A stretch of DNA of 64,000 bases from an uncultured delta proteobacterium (GTDB lineage Bacteria; Myxococcota_A; Polyangia; Polyangiales; Polyangiaceae), in NCBI GenBank assembly GCA_963850305.1, contig CAWKKR010000006.1:96001-160000 (forward strand), given 5' to 3'. This document shows positions 21,329 to 31,440 of this stretch, one piece after another (position 1 is the stretch's first letter; every line of letters begins with the position of its first letter). Below the pieces are notes generated by a model that was not told the DNA's origin, did not search any database, and saw only the letters and a list, made by a program, of their open reading frames with translations. The position numbers were made by a program, and so were the translations under genes.

Positions 21329-22540
21329 ATGCGCGCGTGGCTACCAATCGTTTTCATTCTGTCGGCTGCGCTCACGGGGTGCCCGGCGCTGCTCAGCGAT
21401 TGGAAGATCAGCGGTGGCGGTGCGGGCGATGCCGGTCGTGAGGCTGCCGGGGGCGGCTCGGGCGACGGTGGCAGCGGCGGCTCGACCAGCTCCGGTCCTT
21501 GCGCCGACGGCAAGACGACGACGGATTGCACGAACCAGTGCAGTATCGCAGGACCGATCCAGTGCTGCTCTGGCGTCGGCAAGTGCGGCTGCACCTGGGC
21601 GCCGGGCGCGTTCTGCAGCGGCACAACGGCGAGCGGTGGAACCGACGGCGGTGCGGCACCTCCGAGCTGCCAGGGCCTCCCTGCCACGTGCGGCCCCGCC
21701 GGGAACGAGTCGTGCTGCACGAGCCCGCTGGTGACGGGCGGAACATTCTACCGGAGCTACGACGGCGTCACGTCGGGCTACACGAGCCAGGCGTACCCCG
21801 CGACGGTGAGCGACTTCCGGCTCGACAAGTACGAGATCACGGTCGGCAGATTCCGGAAGTTCGTCGCGGCGTACTCTCAGAACATGATCCCGGCCGGCGC
21901 GGGCAAGAACCCGAACAACCCGAGCGACCCGGGGTGGGACACGACGTGGACCGCGAGCTTGCCCGCGGACGCGACGGCGCTGTCGACCGCGGTGCAGTGC
22001 AGCTCGACGTATCAGACATGGACAGGAGGGAACGACAACCAGCCGATGAACTGCATCGACTGGTACCAAGCGTTTGCGTTCTGCATCTGGGACGGCGGGC
22101 GATTGCCGACCGAGGCGGAGTGGAACTACGCGGCGGCGGGAGGCAGCGAGCAGCGCGTATACCCGTGGGGTTCGACCGCTCCGGGGGCGACCGCGAACTT
22201 CGCCGTGTTTGACTGCGACTACAACGGAATCAGCACAGGGACGCGCTGCACGGGAGTGTCGAACATCGCTCCCGTGGGCTCCGCGAGTGCGGGCAATGGG
22301 AAGTACGGCCAGGCGGACCTTGCCGGGAACGTCTGGGAGTGGACGCGGGACGCCTACGCCCCGTACTCTCCTTCATGCGCAAACTGTGCTGACACCACAG
22401 AGCCCGGAGTCCCGGTCCTCCGCGGCGGGGCCTTCATGGACCCAGGGAATTACCTGCTTTCGTCGTACCGCTATTACGTCCTCGCGTCGGACATGGCCCA
22501 CTACTTGTACGGTGCCCGGTGCGCCAGGAGCGCGCCGTGA
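21329..22540 (+). CDS. Lipoprotein with a Cys-rich module and an FGE-sulfatase (SUMF1/C-type lectin fold) domain (cassette 3)
   Basis: Same N-terminus; FRLDKYEITV, RLPTEAEW, YPWG, DLAGNVWEW, VLRGG, GARCAR. Confidence 0.9.
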   Translation: MRAWLPIVFILSAALTGCPALLSDWKISGGGAGDAGREAAGGGSGDGGSGGSTSSGPCADGKTTTDCTNQCSIAGPIQCCSGVGKCGCTWAPGAFCSGTTASGGTDGGAAPPSCQGLPATCGPAGNESCCTSPLVTGGTFYRSYDGVTSGYTSQAYPATVSDFRLDKYEITVGRFRKFVAAYSQNMIPAGAGKNPNNPSDPGWDTTWTASLPADATALSTAVQCSSTYQTWTGGNDNQPMNCIDWYQAFAFCIWDGGRLPTEAEWNYAAAGGSEQRVYPWGSTAPGATANFAVFDCDYNGISTGTRCTGVSNIAPVGSASAGNGKYGQADLAGNVWEWTRDAYAPYSPSCANCADTTEPGVPVLRGGAFMDPGNYLLSSYRYYVLASDMAHYLYGARCARSAP

Positions 22541-22643
22541 ACGTTGCGCTCACTCTATCGCGGCCCCGGCCTCCGAGGTTTCCGTTGACCATGGCGCTCG
22601 GCGGGCGTGTACTTCCGGATCAACGCAGGGGTTTTCCGTGCAG

Positions 22644-23639
22644 ATGATTGTCCGGCGCATCGTCGTGCCAGGGGTTCTCCTGGCCGCTCTCTCGTTCACC
22701 GGCAACGTTGCCGCCCAGGCCGCAACGAGCAGCGCGGAGGCCGAGGCCCTCTTCGATGCGGGCCGTGCCGCCCTCGATCGGAAAGATTATGCCACCGCCT
22801 GCGAGCGGTTCGCCGGGTCGAACAAGCTGGAGCCCGCGGTCGGGACCGTGTTGAACCTCGCCTACTGCAATGAAATGCAGGGCAAGCTCGCCGCGGCGTG
22901 GGCGAACTATCGTGAGGCGCTCTACAAGCTGCCCCCGGGAGACTCGAGGGCCGCCACGGCCCAGACCCGGCTCGATGCGCTCCAGTCGAGGCTCGCCTAC
23001 CTGACACTGCGGGCCGTCGGGCTGACGAAGGAGTCCACCGTGCTGCTCGATGGCGTGACGATCCCGGTCGAGGCCCTCGGTGTCCCGGTGCCGATCGATC
23101 CGGGTCCGCACGAGGTGATCGTTCGCTCCCCAGGTCGGCAGACGGAGACCTTCGACACGACCGTGAAGGACGCCGAGAAGGCCGAGCTTGCCGTATCACC
23201 CGGGGACTCGAACCAAGCCGCTTCCTCGGCACCGATTCCGCAAGCTCCTGCTGCAACTCCCCCAAAGCCACTGGAGCAGCCAACGCCGCCGCCCGTCGAA
23301 CACGATCAAGGCAGCTCGTCCACCCTTGGCTACGTCCTCGGAGGCGTCGGCCTCGCTTCTCTGGCCACGAGCCTGGTCACAGGGCTCATGGCCCTCGGCA
23401 AGAACTCGAGCGTGAATGACCACTGCCAGGCTGCCCCCTCTGGACCAGCACGGCTCTGCGATTCCGAGGGACTGTCCGCGGCGTCCGCCGGCAAGACGCT
23501 GGCCCTCGTATCCGACGTCACCCTGGGCGTCGGAGTCGTGGGACTCGGGCTCGGGACGTACCTCGTCCTCACCGCAGGGGGCAGCACGAGCCATGAAGGG
23601 CCGACGCAGGGCTCCGTGAGCTTCACGGGGACGTTCTGA
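22644..23639 (+). CDS. Exported TPR + PEGA-like protein ending in SFTGTF
   Basis: Signal peptide, AEALFDAG...ACERF...LNLAYC TPR, IDPGPHEV, hydrophobic hairpin, terminal Phe. Confidence 0.8.
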   Translation: MIVRRIVVPGVLLAALSFTGNVAAQAATSSAEAEALFDAGRAALDRKDYATACERFAGSNKLEPAVGTVLNLAYCNEMQGKLAAAWANYREALYKLPPGDSRAATAQTRLDALQSRLAYLTLRAVGLTKESTVLLDGVTIPVEALGVPVPIDPGPHEVIVRSPGRQTETFDTTVKDAEKAELAVSPGDSNQAASSAPIPQAPAATPPKPLEQPTPPPVEHDQGSSSTLGYVLGGVGLASLATSLVTGLMALGKNSSVNDHCQAAPSGPARLCDSEGLSAASAGKTLALVSDVTLGVGVVGLGLGTYLVLTAGGSTSHEGPTQGSVSFTGTF

Positions 23640-24052
23640 TGTTCAAGCTCGCGGCAACGACCTGCATCGCTGCCGTCGCTCTCACGACCGCCTGCACGGC
23701 GTTCGTGGACTTCAGCAACCTGGAAGCGAGGGGCTCGGACGCTGGAACCGGGGGGGCTGGAGCGGGCGGCGTGATCGGATCCGGCGGGACGATCGGTTCG
23801 GGAGGATCGAGCGGATCCGGTGGCGTGATCGGATCCGGCTGGAGGATCGGTTCGGGAGGTGCATTCGGATCGGGGGGTGCTCTCGGGACCGGTGGAGCGG
23901 CCGGAGCGGGAGGTGCACTCGGCGCGGGGGGAGCCGCTCCGACGTGCGTCGCATCCGCGTGTCCCGGGTGCATCCCCGTGGGTCCGTTCGGGTGCTGCAA
24001 GGACGCCGGCACGTGCGGCTGCACCTGGGCTCCGGGCGCGATCTGCTACTAG
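23639..24052 (+). CDS. Small Gly/Cys-rich lipoprotein (cassette 4)
   Basis: Lipobox TTAC; ends CGCTWAPGAICY, matching CGCTWAPGAFC in 21329..22540. Confidence 0.78.
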   Translation: MFKLAATTCIAAVALTTACTAFVDFSNLEARGSDAGTGGAGAGGVIGSGGTIGSGGSSGSGGVIGSGWRIGSGGAFGSGGALGTGGAAGAGGALGAGGAAPTCVASACPGCIPVGPFGCCKDAGTCGCTWAPGAICY

Positions 24053-24070
24053 GAAAGGGGGGCCTGCCCC
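24046..24070. repeat. End fragment of the palindromic element
   Basis: ctactaggaaaggggggcctgcccc; supplies the TAG stop of the upstream gene. Confidence 0.65.
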
Positions 24071-24489
24071 GTTGACGCCACGAGCGTCTACTGCACGGAA
24101 TCCGGCAGCGGCGCGGTGATGAAGGTTCCGCTCGGTGGCGGCGCCCATTACGCTAAGCTCCGGGCAGTACTCGTACGCAATCGCCGTGCATGCCAGCAGC
24201 GTTTGCTGGACCGTTCCCGGCGGCAGCGGGGCGGCTGTGCGGCTTGGAATCTGCCAGAACGGGGTGTGTCGGTAGGTAGGGTGTCGTTGGCCGCGGTCGC
24301 ATGCGTTGGTTATTGGGGCGGAGGCACGAGTTCAAGAGCTTCGGCGAGATGAAGGCGGCCGTGCTTGACGTCTGCAGTGGCCAGGCCGGCAAGGACATCC
24401 TCCTCATCGGCGGTAAGTACGCGAAGCCGACCAACATCGACGAGTTCCGCTCTGCGCACGAAACATTCGTTGCGGGCGCTCACACGACT

Positions 24490-24805
24490 AAATGACGCGG
24501 CGGACGTCAGCCCGTTACCACAGGCAGTCCACGCGCCGACGTATTCCGGGAGGTCGACGTCGTCTCGCAAGCTCGCGCCGAGAGCGAGCCGGGCCACGCC
24601 TGGGATCGCCAGGGCCCGCGTGAGCCCGTCGCGCAACGAGAGGCCGAGGCGCGTTTCGGCGCGAACGATTCCGCGAAGCGGACCGCGGAGTCTTGCTTTT
24701 TTCATGAAGGGCTGGAGGCGCGACTCGTACCGGGCGAACGCGACTGTATGTGTCGGACCGGCCGCGAGCTCGTCGGCGAGGACATAAGCGGCGATGATCG
24801 CGAGC
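24490..24805 (-). pseudogene. C-terminal fragment of an FAD-dependent monooxygenase
   Basis: LAIIAAYVLADELA...AFARYESRLQPF...LRDDVDLPEY; no N-terminus; apparent internal frame slips. Confidence 0.65.
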
Positions 24806-24876
24806 GTTCTTTTGCTACTCTGGTCAGCGTGACCAGAGTCGAAACATCGGGCGCCCGGAGGCGTCCGGGGATGGGC

Positions 24877-25150
24877 GTGAAGCGGAGGCACGCCGACACG
24901 TGGATCTTCGGAGGACGCCAAGGCGCGCCTCAGCGAGGTCGTGCGCCGAGCTCGGAGCGACGGGCCGCAGCACGTTACCGTGAACGGGCGCGCGGGAGTG
25001 GTCATCGTTGCAGAGGAGGAGTTCCGCCGCCTGAAAGGCGAGGTCACCGGTGCCGCCCTCATCGAAGCCATGCGCGCGTCGCCGTCGCGCAGAATCGAGA
25101 TTGCGCCTCCGCGTCGGCGCATGCCCGTTCGTGGCGTCGATCTTCCGTGA
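24877..25150 (+). CDS. Phd/YefM-family antitoxin with a 1-bp frameshift near 24907; no toxin gene follows
   Basis: TW..EDAKARLSEVVRRARSDGPQHVTVNGR. Confidence 0.75.
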
Positions 25151-25309
25151 CCTGGCGTCGTGCCGTATCGACTCCGGACCGGACGCCAGGGCCCGCACCA
25201 TCTCGGCGCGTCGGACGCGGGCAGCGGTGGAAGCACGCGCGATGAGTCCTTTGCGCCGTCCCGTTCTCGAGCGGATGTCTCGACGCGCTGGGGCGCTCTA
25301 CGACACTAG

Positions 25310-25633
25310 GTGAACATCATGGATCGAAGGGTCAGAGACATCGGGAGACATGAAGATGAGATCGACCTGACGCGCGCGCGCGTCGTCGGTCGAGGATTGA
25401 CGGCAGGCAAAGCTTCGCCGCGCTTGCCCCTGCGCGGCGTACGCGAGGGGATGCACCGCACGCAGGCCGACGTGGCAGCCGCCGCGGGCATCGATCAGGC
25501 CGAGGTCAGCCGCATCGAACGCCGGGAAGACGTGAGGCTCTCGACCTTGCGCAAGTATGCCGCAGCCCTCGGCGCAGAGTGCGAAGTCGTATTCGTCTTC
25601 CCGGAGACGAAGCACCGCATCACGATCGCCTGA
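25310..25633 (+). CDS. XRE-family HTH protein (HigA-like antitoxin), orphan
   Basis: TQADVAAAAGIDQAEVSRIERREDVRLSTLRKYAAALG. Confidence 0.8.
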   Translation: MNIMDRRVRDIGRHEDEIDLTRARVVGRGLTAGKASPRLPLRGVREGMHRTQADVAAAAGIDQAEVSRIERREDVRLSTLRKYAAALGAECEVVFVFPETKHRITIA

Positions 25634-25760
25634 AGCGCGCTCGCGCCGTCGCAAGAGGAGCGCCGTCTCCCGGGTCGCCTGCTGGAGACCCGAAGCCCGC
25701 GCCGGAGCCCGACTCGGCCTCTGGCAGAATGCGTTCGAGCACGCTCCAGCGCGATGCACC

Positions 25761-26732
25761 TCACGTCACTCGGACAAGCAACGCCTTCGTCGCCACGGCG
25801 CCCCCGGGGCGGTGGGGATGGTCGGCGGGGGGCGGGAGGTTGCGGACTTCGGCGAGGGTGCGGGCGGCGCTGGCGGCGGCGCTGGCGATGAGGGAACGGA
25901 AGTGCGCGAGCGTCGTTTTGCGGTGGTTGGTGACGGCGAGGAGGTGGCCGCGGGGGGCGAGCGCGCGCAGGCAGTGCTCCGCGAGGGTCGCGTAGTCGCG
26001 CTCGACGCTGAAGGTGGCTCGGCCGCGCGTGCCGAAGCTCGGCGGATCGAGGACGATGACGTCGAAGGGGGCGTCGCGACGCGCGAGGCGCGCCGCGAAG
26101 GGGACGGCGTCCGCGCGGACGAGGCGATGGGCGGGGCCCCACACGCCGTTCAGGACGAGGTTGTCGCGGCCGCGGTCGAGCGCGCGCTGCGATAAATCGA
26201 CGCTCACGGTCTCGCGCGCGCCGCCGAGCGCCGCGGCGACGGTGAACGTGCAAGTGTACGCGAAGAGGTTGAGCAGGCGCGCGCCGCCGGACAGCGCGCG
26301 CACGAGGACGCGGTTGTCGCGCTGGTCCGTGAAGAGGCCCGTCGAGAGACCGTCGTCGAGGAACACGCGGACGCGCAGGTCTCGCTCCGACACGATGAGC
26401 TCCGCCGGCGCCGGCTCGCCGCAAACGGGGACGGTGGCGGCGAGGGCCGTGCGCGGGGCGCGTCGCAGGTCCGCGCGCGGACGGATCTTGACGTACGCGC
26501 CGCGAAAGCCGTGCTCGACGAGCACGCGCGAAAGGTCGTCCGCCGCGGCGATGGCCGCCGGGTCCGTCAGCGAGAGCGTCGCGAAGTCGCCGTAGCGATC
26601 GACGACGATGCCGGGGCAATCGTCGGCTTCATCGTCGATGACGCGAAGGGCGTCCGTGTCGCGCGCGACGTCGCGCCGCCGCTCGATCGCCGGTGCGAGT
26701 GCGGCGCGGAGACGATCGGGGAGCGCGCGCAT
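25761..26732 (-). CDS. SAM-dependent rRNA methyltransferase (RlmI/RlmK-like)
   Basis: STGLFTDQRDNR, LNLFAYT, DVIVLDPPSF. Confidence 0.88.
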   Translation of the reverse strand: MRALPDRLRAALAPAIERRRDVARDTDALRVIDDEADDCPGIVVDRYGDFATLSLTDPAAIAAADDLSRVLVEHGFRGAYVKIRPRADLRRAPRTALAATVPVCGEPAPAELIVSERDLRVRVFLDDGLSTGLFTDQRDNRVLVRALSGGARLLNLFAYTCTFTVAAALGGARETVSVDLSQRALDRGRDNLVLNGVWGPAHRLVRADAVPFAARLARRDAPFDVIVLDPPSFGTRGRATFSVERDYATLAEHCLRALAPRGHLLAVTNHRKTTLAHFRSLIASAAASAARTLAEVRNLPPPADHPHRPGGAVATKALLVRVT

Positions 26733-26733
26733 C

Positions 26734-28587
26734 TCACTTCGGCGGCCGTCGCTTGGGATCTCGCGGGGGGCGCTTCGGGTGCCGTCCAGGATGCGGCGGG
26801 GTGTGGCGCGGGCTGCTGCGCGGAGAGGCGGGGCGCGGCCCCTCGTGGCGCGGCGCCGGGTGCGCGTCGGCGTGCGGACGAACATGCGACGGGGCGTGGC
26901 GCGGTCCGTCTTGGCGAGCGTCCGTGTGCGCCTGGGTGCGCGGACGAACGTGCGGCGGCGCCTGACGTTCGATGACGACACGAGGGTCGCGCGGGTCGGG
27001 CTTCGTCGCGGCCTTCGCGAAAGCGTCGGCATCCTTCGCGGCGACATCGACGAAGGAGAACGTCTTCTCGACCTGGATCGCGCCGACGGAGTTGCCGGCG
27101 ATGCCGCCGCGCCGGCACACCATCGCGAGGAGCCGGCGTGTGTCGGCGCCGTGCTGGCCGCCCCAGGAGACGCGAAACGTCACGAAATCCCCCCTGGGAG
27201 GCGGGCGCGGCGCGCCGCCTCGCGGACCGGGCTCGGACCGCGTCGCGCGCGTCGGGCGCGGAGAAACGGGGCGGATCTGGCGCGGCTCGACGCGACTCGT
27301 GAACCTCGCGAGCAAGCGTGCGAGCGCGAGCGCCGGGTCGCCGTGCTCGACGATCCGCGCGGCCAGCGCCGTCGCGCGGGCGTCGGGGGCACCTTCGCCT
27401 TCGCCCGTGAGAGCTTCGAAGGCGCGATCGTCGGCGGCGCGCCGGATCTCTTCCGCCGAGGGGATGGGTTCCAGGCGATGAGGGACGCCGGCGCGTTGCA
27501 GGATCCGTGTCGCCTGTCCGAGGTGCGCCGGCGCGACGAGGAGGGAGCTCGTGCCGCGACGGCCGGCGCGCCCGGTGCGCCCGCTGCGGTGCGTGTACGC
27601 ATCCGCGTTCGTCGGTGTATCCACGTGGATGACGCGCCCGATGTCCTGGACGTCGATGCCGCGCGCCGCGACGTCCGTCGCGACGAGGGCCTGGAGATCG
27701 CCGCGCTTGAACGCGGCGAGGGCGCGATTGCGCGCGTTCTGGTCCATCTCTCCGGAGAGCGAGCTCACCGCGAACCCTGCCTCGGCGAGCTCGCCCGCGA
27801 TGTCCGCGACGTCCGCGCGGGTGCGCGCGAAGACGAGCGTCGGCGCGTCGGGGCTCGCGAGGAGCAGGTTGACGATGGCGTCGAGCTTCGCGCGCGGCTC
27901 GACGAGGTGAATCACGTGATCGATGTCGGCGTTCGCAGTGCCGAGCCGCGTGCCCTCGACATGCGCCGCCTCTTGCTGGACTCGGTCTGCGAGGGCGCGA
28001 ACGTCGCGGGGGAAAGTCGCAGAAACCAAATGCGTCCGATGCTCTTCCGGAAGAAGCTCGAGGATCGACTCGAGCTCCTCGCGGAACCCGAGGTCGAGCA
28101 TGCGGTCCGCCTCGTCGAGGACGATGGCGCCGACCTCGGACGTGTCGATGGAGCCGCGGTTCAGGTGGTCGAGCAGGCGCCCCGGCGTGCCCACCACGAT
28201 GGCCGGTCCGGCTGCGAGCGCGCGGTGTTCGTCCCGGTAGCTCCCGCCGCCGGTGGTCGCCGCGAGTCGCGTCCGCGCGTCGGCATAGAGCCACGACAGC
28301 TCTTCCTCGACCTGGCGTGCGAGCTCGCGCGTCGGCGCGACGACGAGGGCGCGCGGCCGCGCAATGCCCTTCAGCGCGGGGGACGGGGACAGCGCGAGCA
28401 CCCGGATGGCAAACCCGATGGCCACGGTCTTCCCGGAACCGGTCTGCGACGTGATGCGCAGGTCACGGCCCTCGAGCTCCGGTTCGAGCACGGCGGCCTG
28501 GACGGCCGTGAGCTCGGCGTAGCCCTTGCGCGCGAGCGCCGCCGAGAGCTGCGGCCCGAGAACGCCCGCAAAGTCGGCTGGGGTCAT
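26734..28587 (-). CDS. DEAD-box RNA helicase with a DbpA-type C-terminal domain
   Basis: SQTGSGKT, PTRELA, TPGR, DEAD, SAT, ARGID, HRSGRTGRAG. Confidence 0.95.
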   Translation of the reverse strand: MTPADFAGVLGPQLSAALARKGYAELTAVQAAVLEPELEGRDLRITSQTGSGKTVAIGFAIRVLALSPSPALKGIARPRALVVAPTRELARQVEEELSWLYADARTRLAATTGGGSYRDEHRALAAGPAIVVGTPGRLLDHLNRGSIDTSEVGAIVLDEADRMLDLGFREELESILELLPEEHRTHLVSATFPRDVRALADRVQQEAAHVEGTRLGTANADIDHVIHLVEPRAKLDAIVNLLLASPDAPTLVFARTRADVADIAGELAEAGFAVSSLSGEMDQNARNRALAAFKRGDLQALVATDVAARGIDVQDIGRVIHVDTPTNADAYTHRSGRTGRAGRRGTSSLLVAPAHLGQATRILQRAGVPHRLEPIPSAEEIRRAADDRAFEALTGEGEGAPDARATALAARIVEHGDPALALARLLARFTSRVEPRQIRPVSPRPTRATRSEPGPRGGAPRPPPRGDFVTFRVSWGGQHGADTRRLLAMVCRRGGIAGNSVGAIQVEKTFSFVDVAAKDADAFAKAATKPDPRDPRVVIERQAPPHVRPRTQAHTDARQDGPRHAPSHVRPHADAHPAPRHEGPRPASPRSSPRHTPPHPGRHPKRPPRDPKRRPPK

Positions 28588-28832
28588 GGTGGCGCTCCCT
28601 ACCATCCTTTCCCGAGAATCACGAGTGCTCGCTCCGCCGGACAGGGAGCGGAGCCTATCGGGCGCGCTCGCGTCGTCGCAACGAACTGAAGGCGGTTCAC
28701 CGTCGAGGGCCACGCTCATGCGGTCGGCCTGCCAACGGATTGCAACGAGAGTTGCGATTTCTCGCGTGGGCTGCTTGCGCAAGGCCCCCCGGGACACTAT
28801 TCGCCCCTCACGCGGGAGAAATTCATGGGTTG

Positions 28833-31440
28833 ATGGAGAAAGGGCAGCAAAAGGAATCATCTGGCTTGCCCGATGCGCGCGCGCGCGATCGCGGGCTTCA
28901 CCTGCTTTACCTGTGGATTCGTGGCCTGCCGATACGGAGTCCCTGGGTCGTGATCACGGTCGTTCTTTGCACTCTCGTGCCGGCGACCCTTGCGGCGTTG
29001 CACCTCCGGCTCCACACGAGCTTCGTCGAGCTCCTGCCCGACTCGCAGCCGAGCGTCGTCGAGCTTCACCGTGTGAGTGGAAGGCTCGCCGGAGCGTCGA
29101 CGCTGGTGGTCGTCGCAGAAGGCAGCGGGCCGGCCTCGCTCCGCCGCTTCGCGGACGAGCTGTCGCCCGAGATCCGCGGGCTGGGGCCGAAATTCGTGAC
29201 CGGCGTGGACGAGGGAAGCCGGGACGCACGGCGGTTCATCGAGGCCCATCGCGCCCTCTACGCGGACACCAAGGACCTGCAGCAACTGCGAAACGACGTG
29301 GTCGCCCGCTACGACTACGAAGTCGGCAAGCGTACGGGTCTCGATCTCGGTCTCTCCGGCGGAGCGCCGCCGCCGGTGACGGCCGAGAGCATTCGCAAGC
29401 GCTTCGAGGGCAAGGCCGCGGAGGCCGACAAGAGCGGGGACGACGGATACTACATCGGCGAGAACGGGCATCTCGCGGCCATCGTCGTGCGGACGCCGTT
29501 CGAGGCGTTCGACCCGCGCGCGTTCGAGCTCGAACATCGCATCACGGCCCTGGTGAATCGGCTCGACGTGAAGTCCTGGGATCCGTCGCTGTCCGTTCAC
29601 TACGTGGGCAATCTCGTCACGAGCGCCGAGGAGCATCGCGCCGTGACGGCAGAATCTCGCGCACGTGGGCGTCTCGGGCGTCCTGCTCATTCTCGGGGTG
29701 GTGTTCGCGTTCTTCCTGCGGTTCCGCGTGCTCGTCGCCATGCTCCTCACGATCGGAACCGGCTGCTTGTGGTCGTTCGGTGTCGCGCGGTTCACGGTCG
29801 GATACCTGAACTCCGCCTCGGGATTTCTCGTCAGCATCATCGCCGGTAACGGCATCAACTTCGGCATCCTGCTCATGGCGCGCTATCTGGAAGCGCGTCG
29901 CACCGAGGGGCGGGACGCCGCCGAGTCCGTGCGCGTCGCGATGCGGGGGACCGCCGCCGGGACCCTCACCGTGGCCGTCACGTCGAGCGTCGCGTACGGG
30001 TCGCTTGCGCTGACCGACTTTCGCGGGTTCCGTCACTTCGGGATCATCGGTGGCGTCGGCATGTTGCTCTGCTGGGTCGCGAGTTACACGCTCCTGCCGG
30101 CGCTCCTCGTGGTGATCGAGCGCGTCGCGCCGCTCCGCACGGAATCGGGTACCTGGCGGAGTCGTGTGCGCGGGCTCTTTGGCCGACCCTTTGCGTTCCT
30201 GGCCGCGCGTTATTCGGGCGCGGTGCTGGCGGTCGCGGGGGTGTCGCTGGCGCTGTCGCTCGTGCTGACGGTGCGCTACTTCGCGCGCGATCCGCTCGAA
30301 TACGACATGAAGAAGGTGCGCAACGACGCTTCGAGCCAGACGTCGGCTCAGAAGCTCACCGAACGCGTCGCTCCCATCGTGGGGCGGCTCACGCGGGAGG
30401 GGCGAGCAATCCTCGTCGACCGTGTGGATCAGGTGGCGCCACTCGAAGCCACGCTCGAACGCCGGAGAGACGAAGCTCCCGCGGACAAGAAGCCATTCGA
30501 TCGAGTCGTGAGCGCGTTCGACCTGTTGCCGAAGGATCAACCGGAGAAGCTCCCGCTGCTCGCGACGATCGAGGATCGCGCGCGCCGTGCGCACGGGATG
30601 GGCGCCATATCGGACGACGATTGGCGGCAGATCGAGCGCGAGTTGCCCGCCGAGCCGCGGGCCCTCGGCATCGCCGATCTGCCGGAGGATATTGCGTGGC
30701 CGTTCGAGGAGTCGGACGGTACTCGCGGGCGTGTCGTCTATCTCGTGCCGACGAAGGGGGCGAGCCTGGACGACGTTCATTATCTGATGCGATGGGCCGA
30801 CAGCTTCCGCAAAGTGAAGCTCCCGAACGGCGACGTCATCCGTGGCACCGGAGATCCCGTCATCTTCTCCGACATGCTGAAGAGCGTGGGGAAAGACGGC
30901 CCCAAGGCGATGCTCGAGGCCGTCCTCGGGACGATTGCAGTGGTGCTCTTTGCGTTCCGCGGGCGGCGCTCGGGGCTTCTCGCGCTCGCGAGCATCGGCC
31001 TCGGTTTGACGTGGCTCATCGGGTTTCTGAGCTTGAGCGGGACGCACATCAATTTCCTGAACTTCGTGGCGCTGCCCATCACCGTGGGCGTGGGTGCCGA
31101 CTACGCGGTGAACATCCTCAAGCGCTTCGAGCTCGAGGGATCGGGCGCCCTTCGGCGAGTGCTCACGGAGACCGGCGGAGCCGTGGTGCTCTGTTCGATG
31201 ACGACGCTCCTCGGATACGCGGCGCTGACGCTGTCGATCAACGGCGCCGTCCGGAGCTTCGGGATGGCCGGCGCGGTGGGCGAGATCACGACCCTGACGG
31301 CGGCCGTGCTCGTGCTTCCGGCATGGTTGTTCGCCACGAAGGGCCGTGCCCGCCCAAAGCCGCGCGAAGCGCCGACGGAAGAGGGTTGGCTCGACGCCGT
31401 TCGCCATCGTGGCGCCTATCGGAGGAGCACGCTGCCATGA
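28833..31440 (+). CDS. MMPL/RND-family lipid exporter, split by a 1-bp insertion at 29652-29656
   Basis: Two periplasmic-plus-TM halves, GNGINFGI and GVGADYAV; GAATC to GATC restores AVTADLAHVGVS. Confidence 0.85.

Noticed and set aside
21329..22540. Diversity-generating retroelement target (FGE/C-type lectin fold)
   Set aside because: No template repeat or reverse transcriptase seen in the window; one elsewhere cannot be excluded
26608..28689. Long antisense or alternate-frame ORFs, here and throughout the window
   Set aside because: Arg/Ala/Pro-rich shadow frames expected in high-GC DNA opposite well-supported genes
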